From a virus (lineage: Duplodnaviria > Caudoviricetes): 63,172 nt of DNA. Positions within the stretch are counted from its first letter, which is position 1, and every line of letters starts with the position of its first letter. The stretch is from positions 1-63,172 of the IMG/VR virus record IMGVR_UViG_3300009156_000028; one strand, 5' to 3'. Shown one piece after another: positions 46,829 through 55,212 of the stretch. Under the pieces are notes generated by a model. The model was not told the DNA's origin, searched no databases, and was given only the letters and a program-made list of their open reading frames with translations. The translations under genes and the position numbers were made by a program.

Positions 46829-48131
46829 CGTGAATGACGCTTTCCGTTGCCTGGTTCAGTACGTCCGCGACTCTGACCGGGACCTACGCTCAACCGTAGT
46901 CCGGACATCGTCGCGAGTAGGTGACGTGATTCAGATCGTTGAGCCGACGATTATCACCTACCAACGGCCGATGGAGCGGGTCCTCTTCAACGAGTCGCGA
47001 GACGCTAACCCGTTCTTTCACTTGTTTGAGGCGCTGTGGATGCTCGCCGGTCGTAATAACGTTGCGCCGCTCGCCTACTATTCAAGCAACATCGCGGAGA
47101 TAGCGAGCGATGACGGCAAGACCTTCAACGGAGCCTACGGCTACCGCTGGCGTCACGCAGTTCACGGGGTCGGTCAGAAGGGCAATGCTTGGTACGGCGG
47201 AACTATTCAGGATCATCGCGACGAAGTTGATCAACTCCGTATCCTCATCGACCACTTGAAGAAGAAGCCGGACAGCCGCCGCGCAGTTCTCCAGATGTGG
47301 AACGTTGAGGATGACCTTCTGAAGGTTGAGGCGACGAAGGACGTTTGTTGTAACACCTGCGTGTACTTCCTACTGAGAGATGACGGAGTTTGTAACCGCG
47401 ACCACTCGCACCCGGCTTGCGTTTGCGCTAACAAGGGGCACAATTGTCTGAAGCTTGATATGACGGTTTGTAACCGGAGCAACGATCTGGTTTGGGGAGC
47501 GCTAGGAGCCAACGCGGTTCACTTCGCCTTCCTCTTGGAGTATATGGCAGCGCAGATCGGAGTTGCGCCGGGACTGTATCATCAGTTCACTAACAACCTT
47601 CACTGCTATACGGCTCCGAACCGTTGGGAGCCTGAGAAGTGGATTGAGGACTTGACCCCTGACTATTACGGCGGCGGAGAGATTAGAGCGGACGGCTATG
47701 CGTATCAGGTTCGGCCGTTCCCTCTCGTTGACGACCCGGCGCTGTTTGACGCTGAGGTTGTCGAGTTTGTCAACTACCATATCGGAGAGGGCGCTGCCTG
47801 CTCGCACGACTATCACGAGCCGTTCATCAAGAACGTCGCATGGCCAGCTGCCTGCGCCTTCCGGTCGCATAAGGCTCGCGACTACTCTGGCGCTCTCCGT
47901 TGGTGCGGAGAGATTGAGGCGGGAGACTGGCGCATCGAATGTACTCGTTGGATCCAGAGGAGACGAGCGAGATTTCAGACGATGAAGGAAGGCGCGAACC
48001 CGTACCTGGTCAACGAACTAGAGCGACGGAAGGCGGAAGGTCTCCCGATAACTCAAGCTCAACACGCAACGGAGAAGCGCGGGGACTATGCCGAACGAGA
48101 GGAAGGCTTCTGGACTGGCGGTGCCGAATGA
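46809..48131 (+). CDS. thymidylate synthase homologue, probable dUMP hydroxymethylase
   Basis: SRVG, RDANPFFH..EALWML.G, AYGYRWR, SRRAVLQMW, DVCCN, NRSND..WG..GAN (Asn suggests dUMP substrate), NNLHCY. Confidence 0.85.
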   Translation: MAFLCRNVNDAFRCLVQYVRDSDRDLRSTVVRTSSRVGDVIQIVEPTIITYQRPMERVLFNESRDANPFFHLFEALWMLAGRNNVAPLAYYSSNIAEIASDDGKTFNGAYGYRWRHAVHGVGQKGNAWYGGTIQDHRDEVDQLRILIDHLKKKPDSRRAVLQMWNVEDDLLKVEATKDVCCNTCVYFLLRDDGVCNRDHSHPACVCANKGHNCLKLDMTVCNRSNDLVWGALGANAVHFAFLLEYMAAQIGVAPGLYHQFTNNLHCYTAPNRWEPEKWIEDLTPDYYGGGEIRADGYAYQVRPFPLVDDPALFDAEVVEFVNYHIGEGAACSHDYHEPFIKNVAWPAACAFRSHKARDYSGALRWCGEIEAGDWRIECTRWIQRRRARFQTMKEGANPYLVNELERRKAEGLPITQAQHATEKRGDYAEREEGFWTGGAE

Positions 48132-48721
48132 ACTGGCAGCCAGTCCTCTACAAATCTGATTTTGTCTGCCGATATGAGGCCGGAGAGTTTGGGAACCGCG
48201 CCCCCACTTGGGCCGGCTACCCAGAGTGGCTACAGGATAATCCGCCGCCTCATCACCTTGTGGAAGATGATAACGGCTGGCGCGGTTATCCTCTGTTCCA
48301 TATTCGGAATCGGATTGCCAACGCTATGACTTGGTATAATGTACCGTCGTACCAAATGGAAGAGACTTGGACGGCGGCTTGTCAACAATTTGAGGCGAGT
48401 CGGCTGTACATCTCCGCGATGGCCCCAACTGAGCGGACGGTGTTACAGGGAGAGGTTCTGAATGACGTTGGCGGTCTCGTTCTCCGATACTCGCGAGTCA
48501 AGAAGCCGATGCGCAAGGCGCTTGCGGAAGGAGAGCAGACCGCGAACGGACTACGCGCCAGGTTCTTACTTCAGACTGCTTGCAATGCGAAGAGTTGGGA
48601 GTGGCTGAAGATCCTCTTGGAAAGGTATCCTGACCACGTAGTTGAATTCAGCTGCTATTCTTGCTGTTGGGGAACGGAGCCGGGGTTCAATACCGTATTT
48701 TGGGAAGTCAGAAAGTATTAA
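48128..48721 (+). CDS. hypothetical protein coupled to the dUMP hydroxymethylase
   Basis: ATGA overlap; EFGNR..TW, LQGEV, VVEFS, TVFWEVRKY. Confidence 0.6.
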   Translation: MNWQPVLYKSDFVCRYEAGEFGNRAPTWAGYPEWLQDNPPPHHLVEDDNGWRGYPLFHIRNRIANAMTWYNVPSYQMEETWTAACQQFEASRLYISAMAPTERTVLQGEVLNDVGGLVLRYSRVKKPMRKALAEGEQTANGLRARFLLQTACNAKSWEWLKILLERYPDHVVEFSCYSCCWGTEPGFNTVFWEVRKY

Positions 48722-50950
48722 ATGCCGAAGTCAACTGCGACGGAGCCGGTGGGACTGAGACCCTATCTCCATCATGGAGTCGAGATAGAGAGCAACAAGG
48801 AGCAGCCGGCTGAGGACGTAATGGGCACGTGCCCGTTTTGTGGTCGCGCTCCGAAGTTTGGAGTCAACCAGGCGGACGGTCGATACCGGTGCGTGGTCTG
48901 CGGCGAGACCGGGAATCATTACACGTTCATCCGCCGCCTTCACGCTATCTCGTCCGCTCCGACCGGAGCCTTGGAGAGCGTAGCCGCGGACCGCGGAGTG
49001 TCGGTTGAGACCTTGACCCGTTGGGGTCTCGTTCAATCGGCCATTGACAGCGAGTGGTTGCTGCCGGCTTACGGGTTGAAGTCCGATCCTGAGATCAATC
49101 AACTGTACCGCTGGTCTCCGGTTAAGGGCAAGCGACGGCTTCTGGTCACGGCCGGAATGAATCATTGCCTCTTCGGAATCCAACTGTGGGACCCTAACAA
49201 ACCGCGGGTGTACGTCTGCGAAGGTCCGTGGGATGCGATGAGGCTTGAGGAAGCCTTGGTGCGTCACCGCCTCAGTGGTAACAGGCTCGTGCGCCTAGGT
49301 TCTCCTTCCCCCCAGAGTCTCTTCGCTGAAGCTAATGTAGTAGCTGTACCGGGATGCGATACTTTCCTTGAGGCTTGGGCTGATTGGTTTGGAGGCAAGG
49401 AAGTTATCTTGCTCTTCGACAACGATCACCCGCGAAAGAACAAGACAACTGGAGACGACTTGCCGTCAGTCTCCTATGTCGGACTGGAACGAGCTACTAG
49501 GCGGCTGCGCGGTTGTAAGGCTCCGCCGCATTCTGTCAGCGTGTTGGATTGGGGCGGAGACGGCTATGATTCAACTCTCAAGGACGGCTACGATGTCCGT
49601 GACTTCCTGTCTGAGAAACCGCTCGCAGAACTTCTAGCGAAGGTCCGGCCGGCTCCGGACGATTGGAGCGCAAACGGAGAGGCAGACGGTCAAGCCGCCC
49701 ATCACGCTCCGCCGCCGCTCGTCTGCGAATCCTATCAAGAGCTTCTAGGAGTCTGGCGTGAGGCGATGTACTGGTCAGATTCGCTTGACGTTGCTCTCAG
49801 CGCTATGCTCGCGGTAGTTGCGAGTACGAAACAGCAGGGTTCTCAGATTTGGCTCAGGCTGATAGGTCCGCCGGGTTCAGCCAAGACGACTCTCTGCGAG
49901 GCAATTAGCGCTTCAGAAGAGTACGCATTCAGCGTCTCTATCCAGCGCGGCTTTCATTCCGGAGACAATCAAGGCGGAGAGGACTCAAGCCTGATTCCGA
50001 AAATGGATGGTAAGACGGTCGTGATGAAGGAAGGCGATGCGCTGCTTAAGACTCCTAACATTGAGCAAGTCCTCTCGGAACTTCGCGACCTGTATGACGG
50101 AACGTCGCGAGCCTTCTATCGGAACCGGAAGCACAACGCCTATGCCGGCTTGCGCATTACGTTTATTCTCGCAGGCACTAAGGCTATCCGCAAGCTCAAC
50201 CGATCCTCTCTTGGAGACCGATTCCTAGACATCATCATCTATGAACGAGCGAAGAAGGGAGAGGTTGATACCTTTGAGCGAGAACTACTTGACAAGGTAT
50301 TTGACACTGCAATCGGCCGGTCTCGCGCCTTGAGCGACGGCTCGCCTGAGTCCTACGATTCGCCGGAGCGAGTCCTGGCGATGAGAAAGACAGCCGGCTT
50401 TGTTGCCTATCTACGCCGCCAAGCGCCGGCGCTGCTACAGAGAGTAGAGTATGACCGGACATATCTGAAGGAAGCCTGCGTGGCTCTCGCTCAGCTGGTT
50501 GCCTTTATGCGAGCGAGACCGGACCGCGGCGAAGAGGACGAGACCGAAGTTGAGTTGGCGACTCGCCTGACTGAGCAGTTTGTTCGTATGTCGCTGTTGA
50601 TGGCGGTTGTACTCGGCAAGCCGAGAGTGGATGCAGAGGTTATGCGCCGGGTTGCCAAAGTCGCTCGCGATACTTGCCGGGGTTCTTCCTTCTCTGTTGT
50701 AGAGGCTCTAGCGGCTGCTCCTATGGAGCCGAAGGAGATAGCCATCAAGATAGGCCAGCGGCTCGGAGTCGTGGACGGCGCATTGCCTACGCTGCTAGGA
50801 ATCGGCTGTTTGCGACAGGAGACCGGTCCAGCTGCTAGCGGCGCACTAGGTCGGATGCGACTGGTGTATAAGTTGACGCCGCACACTGCGAGCCTTATAG
50901 CCAAGCTCCGCTCGTTGAGTGGGGTTAAGTCCGCGGTTGTTGCTAAGTAA
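48722..50950 (+). CDS. primase-helicase fusion (Zn finger + TOPRIM + AAA+)
   Basis: CPFC...CVVC, VCEGPWD, LFDND, DVRD, GPPGSAKTT, LRDLYDG, LGDRF. Confidence 0.85.
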   Translation: MPKSTATEPVGLRPYLHHGVEIESNKEQPAEDVMGTCPFCGRAPKFGVNQADGRYRCVVCGETGNHYTFIRRLHAISSAPTGALESVAADRGVSVETLTRWGLVQSAIDSEWLLPAYGLKSDPEINQLYRWSPVKGKRRLLVTAGMNHCLFGIQLWDPNKPRVYVCEGPWDAMRLEEALVRHRLSGNRLVRLGSPSPQSLFAEANVVAVPGCDTFLEAWADWFGGKEVILLFDNDHPRKNKTTGDDLPSVSYVGLERATRRLRGCKAPPHSVSVLDWGGDGYDSTLKDGYDVRDFLSEKPLAELLAKVRPAPDDWSANGEADGQAAHHAPPPLVCESYQELLGVWREAMYWSDSLDVALSAMLAVVASTKQQGSQIWLRLIGPPGSAKTTLCEAISASEEYAFSVSIQRGFHSGDNQGGEDSSLIPKMDGKTVVMKEGDALLKTPNIEQVLSELRDLYDGTSRAFYRNRKHNAYAGLRITFILAGTKAIRKLNRSSLGDRFLDIIIYERAKKGEVDTFERELLDKVFDTAIGRSRALSDGSPESYDSPERVLAMRKTAGFVAYLRRQAPALLQRVEYDRTYLKEACVALAQLVAFMRARPDRGEEDETEVELATRLTEQFVRMSLLMAVVLGKPRVDAEVMRRVAKVARDTCRGSSFSVVEALAAAPMEPKEIAIKIGQRLGVVDGALPTLLGIGCLRQETGPAASGALGRMRLVYKLTPHTASLIAKLRSLSGVKSAVVAK

Positions 50951-50995
50951 GTTCTAAGAAGTTGCGCCGCCTATAATTCGCCTTGGAGGTTCGCC

Positions 50996-51859
50996 ATGGA
51001 CATCAGAAAGCGCCTAGCTCCGGCTGTATTCGCCTTATCATTGCCGATTCTCTGCGCGGCGCTTTCTGGGGGGAACCCGACGGAGAATCAGCCGCCTGTT
51101 GCCTCAAAGGGTCTCGCGGCTCCGCTTCCGACCGTCGCCATTCCGGCGGCTGTCCTCTCTCAACTGCCTAAAGCGGAGAGGGTGGTTGCCGTCATCGACG
51201 GTCCGGCTACTGCGGACCTAGGAGACCTGATCATTCTTGACGGTAGCGAGTCCCTAGGCGTGGATGCCTCTCGATGGCTGCTCGCCTCTCAACCGCCAGG
51301 GGTCGATAAATCAAGGTCTCTCCTAGCCGTTGACGGTGGACAACGAGCGGTGTTTGCTTCCGGAACGGCCGGTGAATACCGATTCTTGTTGAGTGTAGCC
51401 GGAGTAGTTGATAGCAAGGCGCAGTTGTCGATTGCGACCCATACAGTCAAAGTCGGAAAGGTTCCACCTGGTCCCGGTCCTCAACCGCCCGGTCCTGATC
51501 CGCCGCCTGGACCGATTCTGACGGGTTGGGCGAAGTTTGCTTATGACACCGCCTTCTCTATTGCGGTTCCTCATAGGGCTAAAGCAAGTGAGATAGCGGC
51601 CAATATGGAGGCAGTCGGGTCGCGGCTCGCCGCGGGCGGATACGGGACCGGAGCCGAGACTGACCAGATAGCCGCCGCTCTAGCTGAGCTGACGTCTAAG
51701 AATCGTGAAACCCTTCCGGTAGGACCGGTGAGAGATGCTTGGCTGCCTTGGTTGTCGGCTTGGGCGCAACGAGCCGGAACCGATCTGAAGGGAAAGTCAA
51801 AGGCAGATCACGTGACTGCCTTTCAAGAGACCGCCAAAGGATTAAAGGAGATTAAATGA
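50996..51859 (+). CDS. secreted/membrane protein with Ig/PKD-like domain and Pro-Gly linker
   Basis: N-terminal signal; ILDGSES...W; PPGPGPQPPGPDPPPGP. Confidence 0.6.
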   Translation: MDIRKRLAPAVFALSLPILCAALSGGNPTENQPPVASKGLAAPLPTVAIPAAVLSQLPKAERVVAVIDGPATADLGDLIILDGSESLGVDASRWLLASQPPGVDKSRSLLAVDGGQRAVFASGTAGEYRFLLSVAGVVDSKAQLSIATHTVKVGKVPPGPGPQPPGPDPPPGPILTGWAKFAYDTAFSIAVPHRAKASEIAANMEAVGSRLAAGGYGTGAETDQIAAALAELTSKNRETLPVGPVRDAWLPWLSAWAQRAGTDLKGKSKADHVTAFQETAKGLKEIK

Positions 51860-52242
51860 GTATGAAGTCGCTGATTGAACAGGCTGCTATGGACGTAGGC
51901 AAGGATGTTATCCCGTCTGAAGCAGGCACCAATCCTGACAACTTTGGTATTGACATCACGTCGATTATCGAAGTGGTCATGGGAATTATTCAGAAGATCA
52001 TGGAGATGTGCCCGCAAAGCAACTCCAACGTCGCCGCGGCTTTCAAGAGTCCGACCTTGCGTCAACGAGCGGCGCTGCGGCTCCAGGTGCGAGATGCCTG
52101 CGAGTTTTGCAATCCCGGCTTCCGGCGCTTCGCGGACCCCATCTACAACTCGCTATTGGCTCGCGGCTCGCAGCTGTCCGATGAGCAGGCTCGCGATTTG
52201 ATTGCTGAGGCTCGCGGCGGTTCTGTCTATTCGATCATCTGA
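51856..52242 (+). CDS. hypothetical protein
   Basis: AAGGAG SD; ends in YSII. Confidence 0.6.
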   Translation: MSMKSLIEQAAMDVGKDVIPSEAGTNPDNFGIDITSIIEVVMGIIQKIMEMCPQSNSNVAAAFKSPTLRQRAALRLQVRDACEFCNPGFRRFADPIYNSLLARGSQLSDEQARDLIAEARGGSVYSII

Positions 52243-52259
52243 GGCTTGTCAATGGGCCG

Positions 52260-52299
52260 GCTCCCGGCGAGTATGGTGAGACTCGCCGGGAGCTTCTTT
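52260..52299 (+). terminator. intrinsic terminator
   Basis: 13-bp stem GCTCCCGGCGAGT/ACTCGCCGGGAGC followed by TTCTTT. Confidence 0.7.
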
Positions 52300-52313
52300 C
52301 AAGGAGCGGAGAT

Positions 52314-53444
52314 ATGATGTGGCGTCGCAAACAGCATGTCCCTAAAGGTCTCCAGGCTTGGCCGGCGCAATTTGAGAACCTTACCACTGAACAACTTATC
52401 GGCCGATACAATCAGGGGTTCGCCGCTTGTCTTCCTGACGAAGAGGCTCGTGAGAAGTTGTTTGACTCACAGCCGTATCCGGACGGAGAACAAGCGGCTG
52501 TTGACTTTGACCTAGCCGGGACCGGAGATGGCAAGCTCTCTATGCCTTTCCTGCCGGCCTGGATCCACTGGCCTAAGTGCTGGCCTTGTCCCGGTCAAAC
52601 GACCGGCGACTGCGTCAGTCACGCTGGGAAGAATGCAGCGCTGGTTCTCATCGGAGTCGAGTGCTCGCTAGGCCAACCCGATCCGACTTCGCTCATCGTT
52701 GAGGATTGGCCGGTTGTCTCGACTCTCGCAGAAGAACAAGGCGTGGTCGCTTGTGAGGCCATCTACGGCTACCGCGGGCACTCTGGCCAAGGTGCAAACT
52801 GTGAGCGGCTGATTTACTACACCACGACCGCGGGCGGTATCCTTCTCCGTCAGAACTATCCGGAGCTAGGAATTGATCTGACGAAGTACAACGCCTCAAT
52901 CGGTATCCGCTGGGGTGGTTCTAACCCGCCTGATGCGGTTAACAAAGAAGGTCAGAAGCATCAGATCAGGTCGGCTACTGATGCTCCAGTTCACACGGTC
53001 GTTCGCGACTTCAATGCCAACGGCTATCCTGGTTGGGCTTGCTCCGGTCTCGGATGGTCAAGTCAGCGAGATGAGAACGGTTACAGCCGTCAGCAAGGCG
53101 GCTGGTCGCATTCTTGGTGCATTGTCGGCTTTGACGACCGACAATCAACCAAGGACAAGTACGGCTTCCCGCTCGCCTTGTTTCTCCACGACTGGTACAA
53201 GTGGAACAGCGGACCGCGGGACATACGAGACTCTGCTCAGTATGTCGAGACGATAGCCGCCGCGAACGGAACGACCAAGGCTGAGCTTATCCTCAAGGGT
53301 ATTGTCAATGAGGCGACGGGCAACATCATGATTCCGGAAGGGACGATGTGGGTTGACGCTCGCCTGCTCGACAAGACCGATATGACCATGATGAGCAATT
53401 TCAACGGCTTCCCTCGCAGGGAGCTAAGCTACAGCATTATTTAG
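52314..53444 (+). CDS. papain-like (C1) cysteine peptidase
   Basis: Q-TTGDCVSHA (catalytic Cys), WSHSWCIVG (His), LHDW at the NSW position. Confidence 0.7.
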   Translation: MMWRRKQHVPKGLQAWPAQFENLTTEQLIGRYNQGFAACLPDEEAREKLFDSQPYPDGEQAAVDFDLAGTGDGKLSMPFLPAWIHWPKCWPCPGQTTGDCVSHAGKNAALVLIGVECSLGQPDPTSLIVEDWPVVSTLAEEQGVVACEAIYGYRGHSGQGANCERLIYYTTTAGGILLRQNYPELGIDLTKYNASIGIRWGGSNPPDAVNKEGQKHQIRSATDAPVHTVVRDFNANGYPGWACSGLGWSSQRDENGYSRQQGGWSHSWCIVGFDDRQSTKDKYGFPLALFLHDWYKWNSGPRDIRDSAQYVETIAAANGTTKAELILKGIVNEATGNIMIPEGTMWVDARLLDKTDMTMMSNFNGFPRRELSYSII

Positions 53445-53452
53445 GAGTCGCC

Positions 53453-53743
53453 ATGACCGTGTCTGAGAAGGTCGTTGACAAAATACTGAATTACCTTGAC
53501 AAGCTCTTCAGCGCGGTATTCAGTACGCGCACTCAGATGTTTGTCGGGGCGGTCGTACTTATCCTCTATCGAAAGGAGCTAGGCTTGTCTGACGCTGCGA
53601 TTAGTTCGCTGGTTCAGGCGGTCTTGGGCTGGATCATCGGGACGAGTATCACCCCGCTCGTCTCGCCTAAGAAAGAGGACCCGGAAGCGCCAGCTGAGGT
53701 TAGCCGCGGCGGAGCTTTCGGCGGTCCCTACGGAAGGCGTTGA
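53453..53743 (+). CDS. small two-TM protein (holin candidate)
   Basis: Two hydrophobic segments, charged C-terminus; AGGAG SD. Confidence 0.5.
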   Translation: MTVSEKVVDKILNYLDKLFSAVFSTRTQMFVGAVVLILYRKELGLSDAAISSLVQAVLGWIIGTSITPLVSPKKEDPEAPAEVSRGGAFGGPYGRR

Positions 53744-53807
53744 AGCAAGTCGCCGCTTGCTAGTTTTTCTCAGTTTTGGTTCGGTTATTTCAACATTGGA
53801 GGTTCGT

Positions 53808-54203
53808 ATGGTCCCCTGGAAAATGAACGGATGGGTGAGAGCCTTAGTACCCCTGCTTGCGGTCGCGACGTTGTTCATGGGCGCGTATTCCCCCCAGATG
53901 GCGACTGCTGATGACGGTCTGAATTACGATCTGCTGGGACGGTCTGCGTACTTACCGGAACCGGCGGCGGTCGCTCCGGAGTACAACCTGCTCGCAGCAA
54001 TCACTCCGCTCGCTATGTCTGATGCTCAGTTACAACCGGCGACTCAAGGACGGTTCGTGTTTACGGAGCCTAGAAGCGCGGCGCCAAAGCCCAAGCAGAC
54101 CGGGCCTACGACTGGACCCGCGACCGGCGACGTTGGCATTTGGTTTCCCGGCAAGCGGCTGTTTCGCGGAGCGAGACGCGCGCTCTTCCGCGGCGGCTGT
54201 TAG
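53808..54203 (+). CDS. secreted hypothetical protein
   Basis: Signal-like N-terminus; C-terminal PGKRLFRGARRALFRGGC. Confidence 0.55.
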   Translation: MVPWKMNGWVRALVPLLAVATLFMGAYSPQMATADDGLNYDLLGRSAYLPEPAAVAPEYNLLAAITPLAMSDAQLQPATQGRFVFTEPRSAAPKPKQTGPTTGPATGDVGIWFPGKRLFRGARRALFRGGC

Positions 54204-54316
54204 CGTTTGGGGTCGGAACAGAAATGACTTATTTCTGCCCCACCCCGGTTGCGATCTGTTGCGGCGACTTCGGAGCGCAGCCGGGGCAGGGGTAGGGAGA
54301 TAACAATGAGGCAGGG

Positions 54317-54868
54317 ATGGAGACTCATTCGTTTGATTACTTTCTGCGACAGAGCGCGGTCCTTGGTCTTGCCTTTGTTTTTCTTGCCGCCGTTCTAGGC
54401 ATCATTCTGTGGGTGGCAATAATCATAGTCAGGCTTGTCAATAGATATGCCGCGGAGTGGTTTGAATCATCTATAGAATCGCACAAACAAGTATCGACCG
54501 GTATCAGGCGGGTCACCAAGTTTGTAAGGGTGATGTACCAGAACAACCGGACAACCAATGACGCGCTCTTTCATGCGGTTAATGCGCTTGATGTATTTCT
54601 TAGTTCGCAAACGGCCGGCTTGGGGATACCTGCCAAAGCTCTTGACCAAATTCGGTATGCTCGCCATATCCTCAAGAAGCGAGATGAGTATGAGAGCAGA
54701 ATCAGGGAAGAGGACGAGCGACAGTGGCAAGAGGACGAGCGACAGCGGCAAGAGGACTCGCGAGAGACAGGAGAAGGTCACAAACCGGATAAATTAAATC
54801 CGTCCGACTCCTCTGAGAGTTGGGACTTTCCTGATCTGACTCTGCCGACCGAGGGAGAGCAGCCATGA
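54317..54868 (+). CDS. membrane protein (holin/anti-holin candidate)
   Basis: One long N-terminal TM helix, charged tail. Confidence 0.55.
   Translation: METHSFDYFLRQSAVLGLAFVFLAAVLGIILWVAIIIVRLVNRYAAEWFESSIESHKQVSTGIRRVTKFVRVMYQNNRTTNDALFHAVNALDVFLSSQTAGLGIPAKALDQIRYARHILKKRDEYESRIREEDERQWQEDERQRQEDSRETGEGHKPDKLNPSDSSESWDFPDLTLPTEGEQP
54708..54757 (+). repeat. 21-bp in-frame tandem repeat (two full units plus a partial one)
   Basis: AAGAGGACGAGCGACAG(T/C)GGC, encoding EDERQWQ/EDERQRQ. Confidence 0.8.
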
Positions 54869-55212
54869 CCGATAAAACAACGGCTAGTTCCGGAGCAGCG
54901 ACTGAATCAGGAAGCAGTTACGTCTCCGCAATCAATACAGTTAAGGTCCCAGTATGGGTTGTCAGAGTAGTCGGTGGATTTCTATTGTTGTTAGGAGCCG
55001 GAGCCGGCGCGACTATATTTTGCTGCTTGATTTGGATAGCCATTCTGACTACGGCCGTGGGCAATCAGAACCGTGAACAGAAGGCTCTCCGCGGTTCTTT
55101 GGTTGAGGCTCAAAAGCAGTCATCGGAGAATCAAAAACGGCTCGACAAAACTCTTCGTGAGCTTGAAGATATTCAGACAGCTCTCAAAGCCTTGAAACCT
55201 AAAGGAGAATGA
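54865..55212 (+). CDS. membrane protein with coiled coil (spanin-like architecture)
   Basis: TM helix followed by coiled coil. Confidence 0.5.
   Translation: MTDKTTASSGAATESGSSYVSAINTVKVPVWVVRVVGGFLLLLGAGAGATIFCCLIWIAILTTAVGNQNREQKALRGSLVEAQKQSSENQKRLDKTLRELEDIQTALKALKPKGE

Noticed and set aside
46809-48131. dCMP hydroxymethylase (T4-like) or ordinary ThyA
   Set aside because: Asn rather than Asp at the specificity position, and the adjacent hmdU kinase and transferase genes favour a dUMP hydroxymethylase
976-53743. Shared Gly-Gly motifs (GGPYG in TerL and the holin candidate; LSGGTRL/LTGGRSL) and C-terminal ..AV endings
   Set aside because: Too short and low-complexity to distinguish from chance by eye
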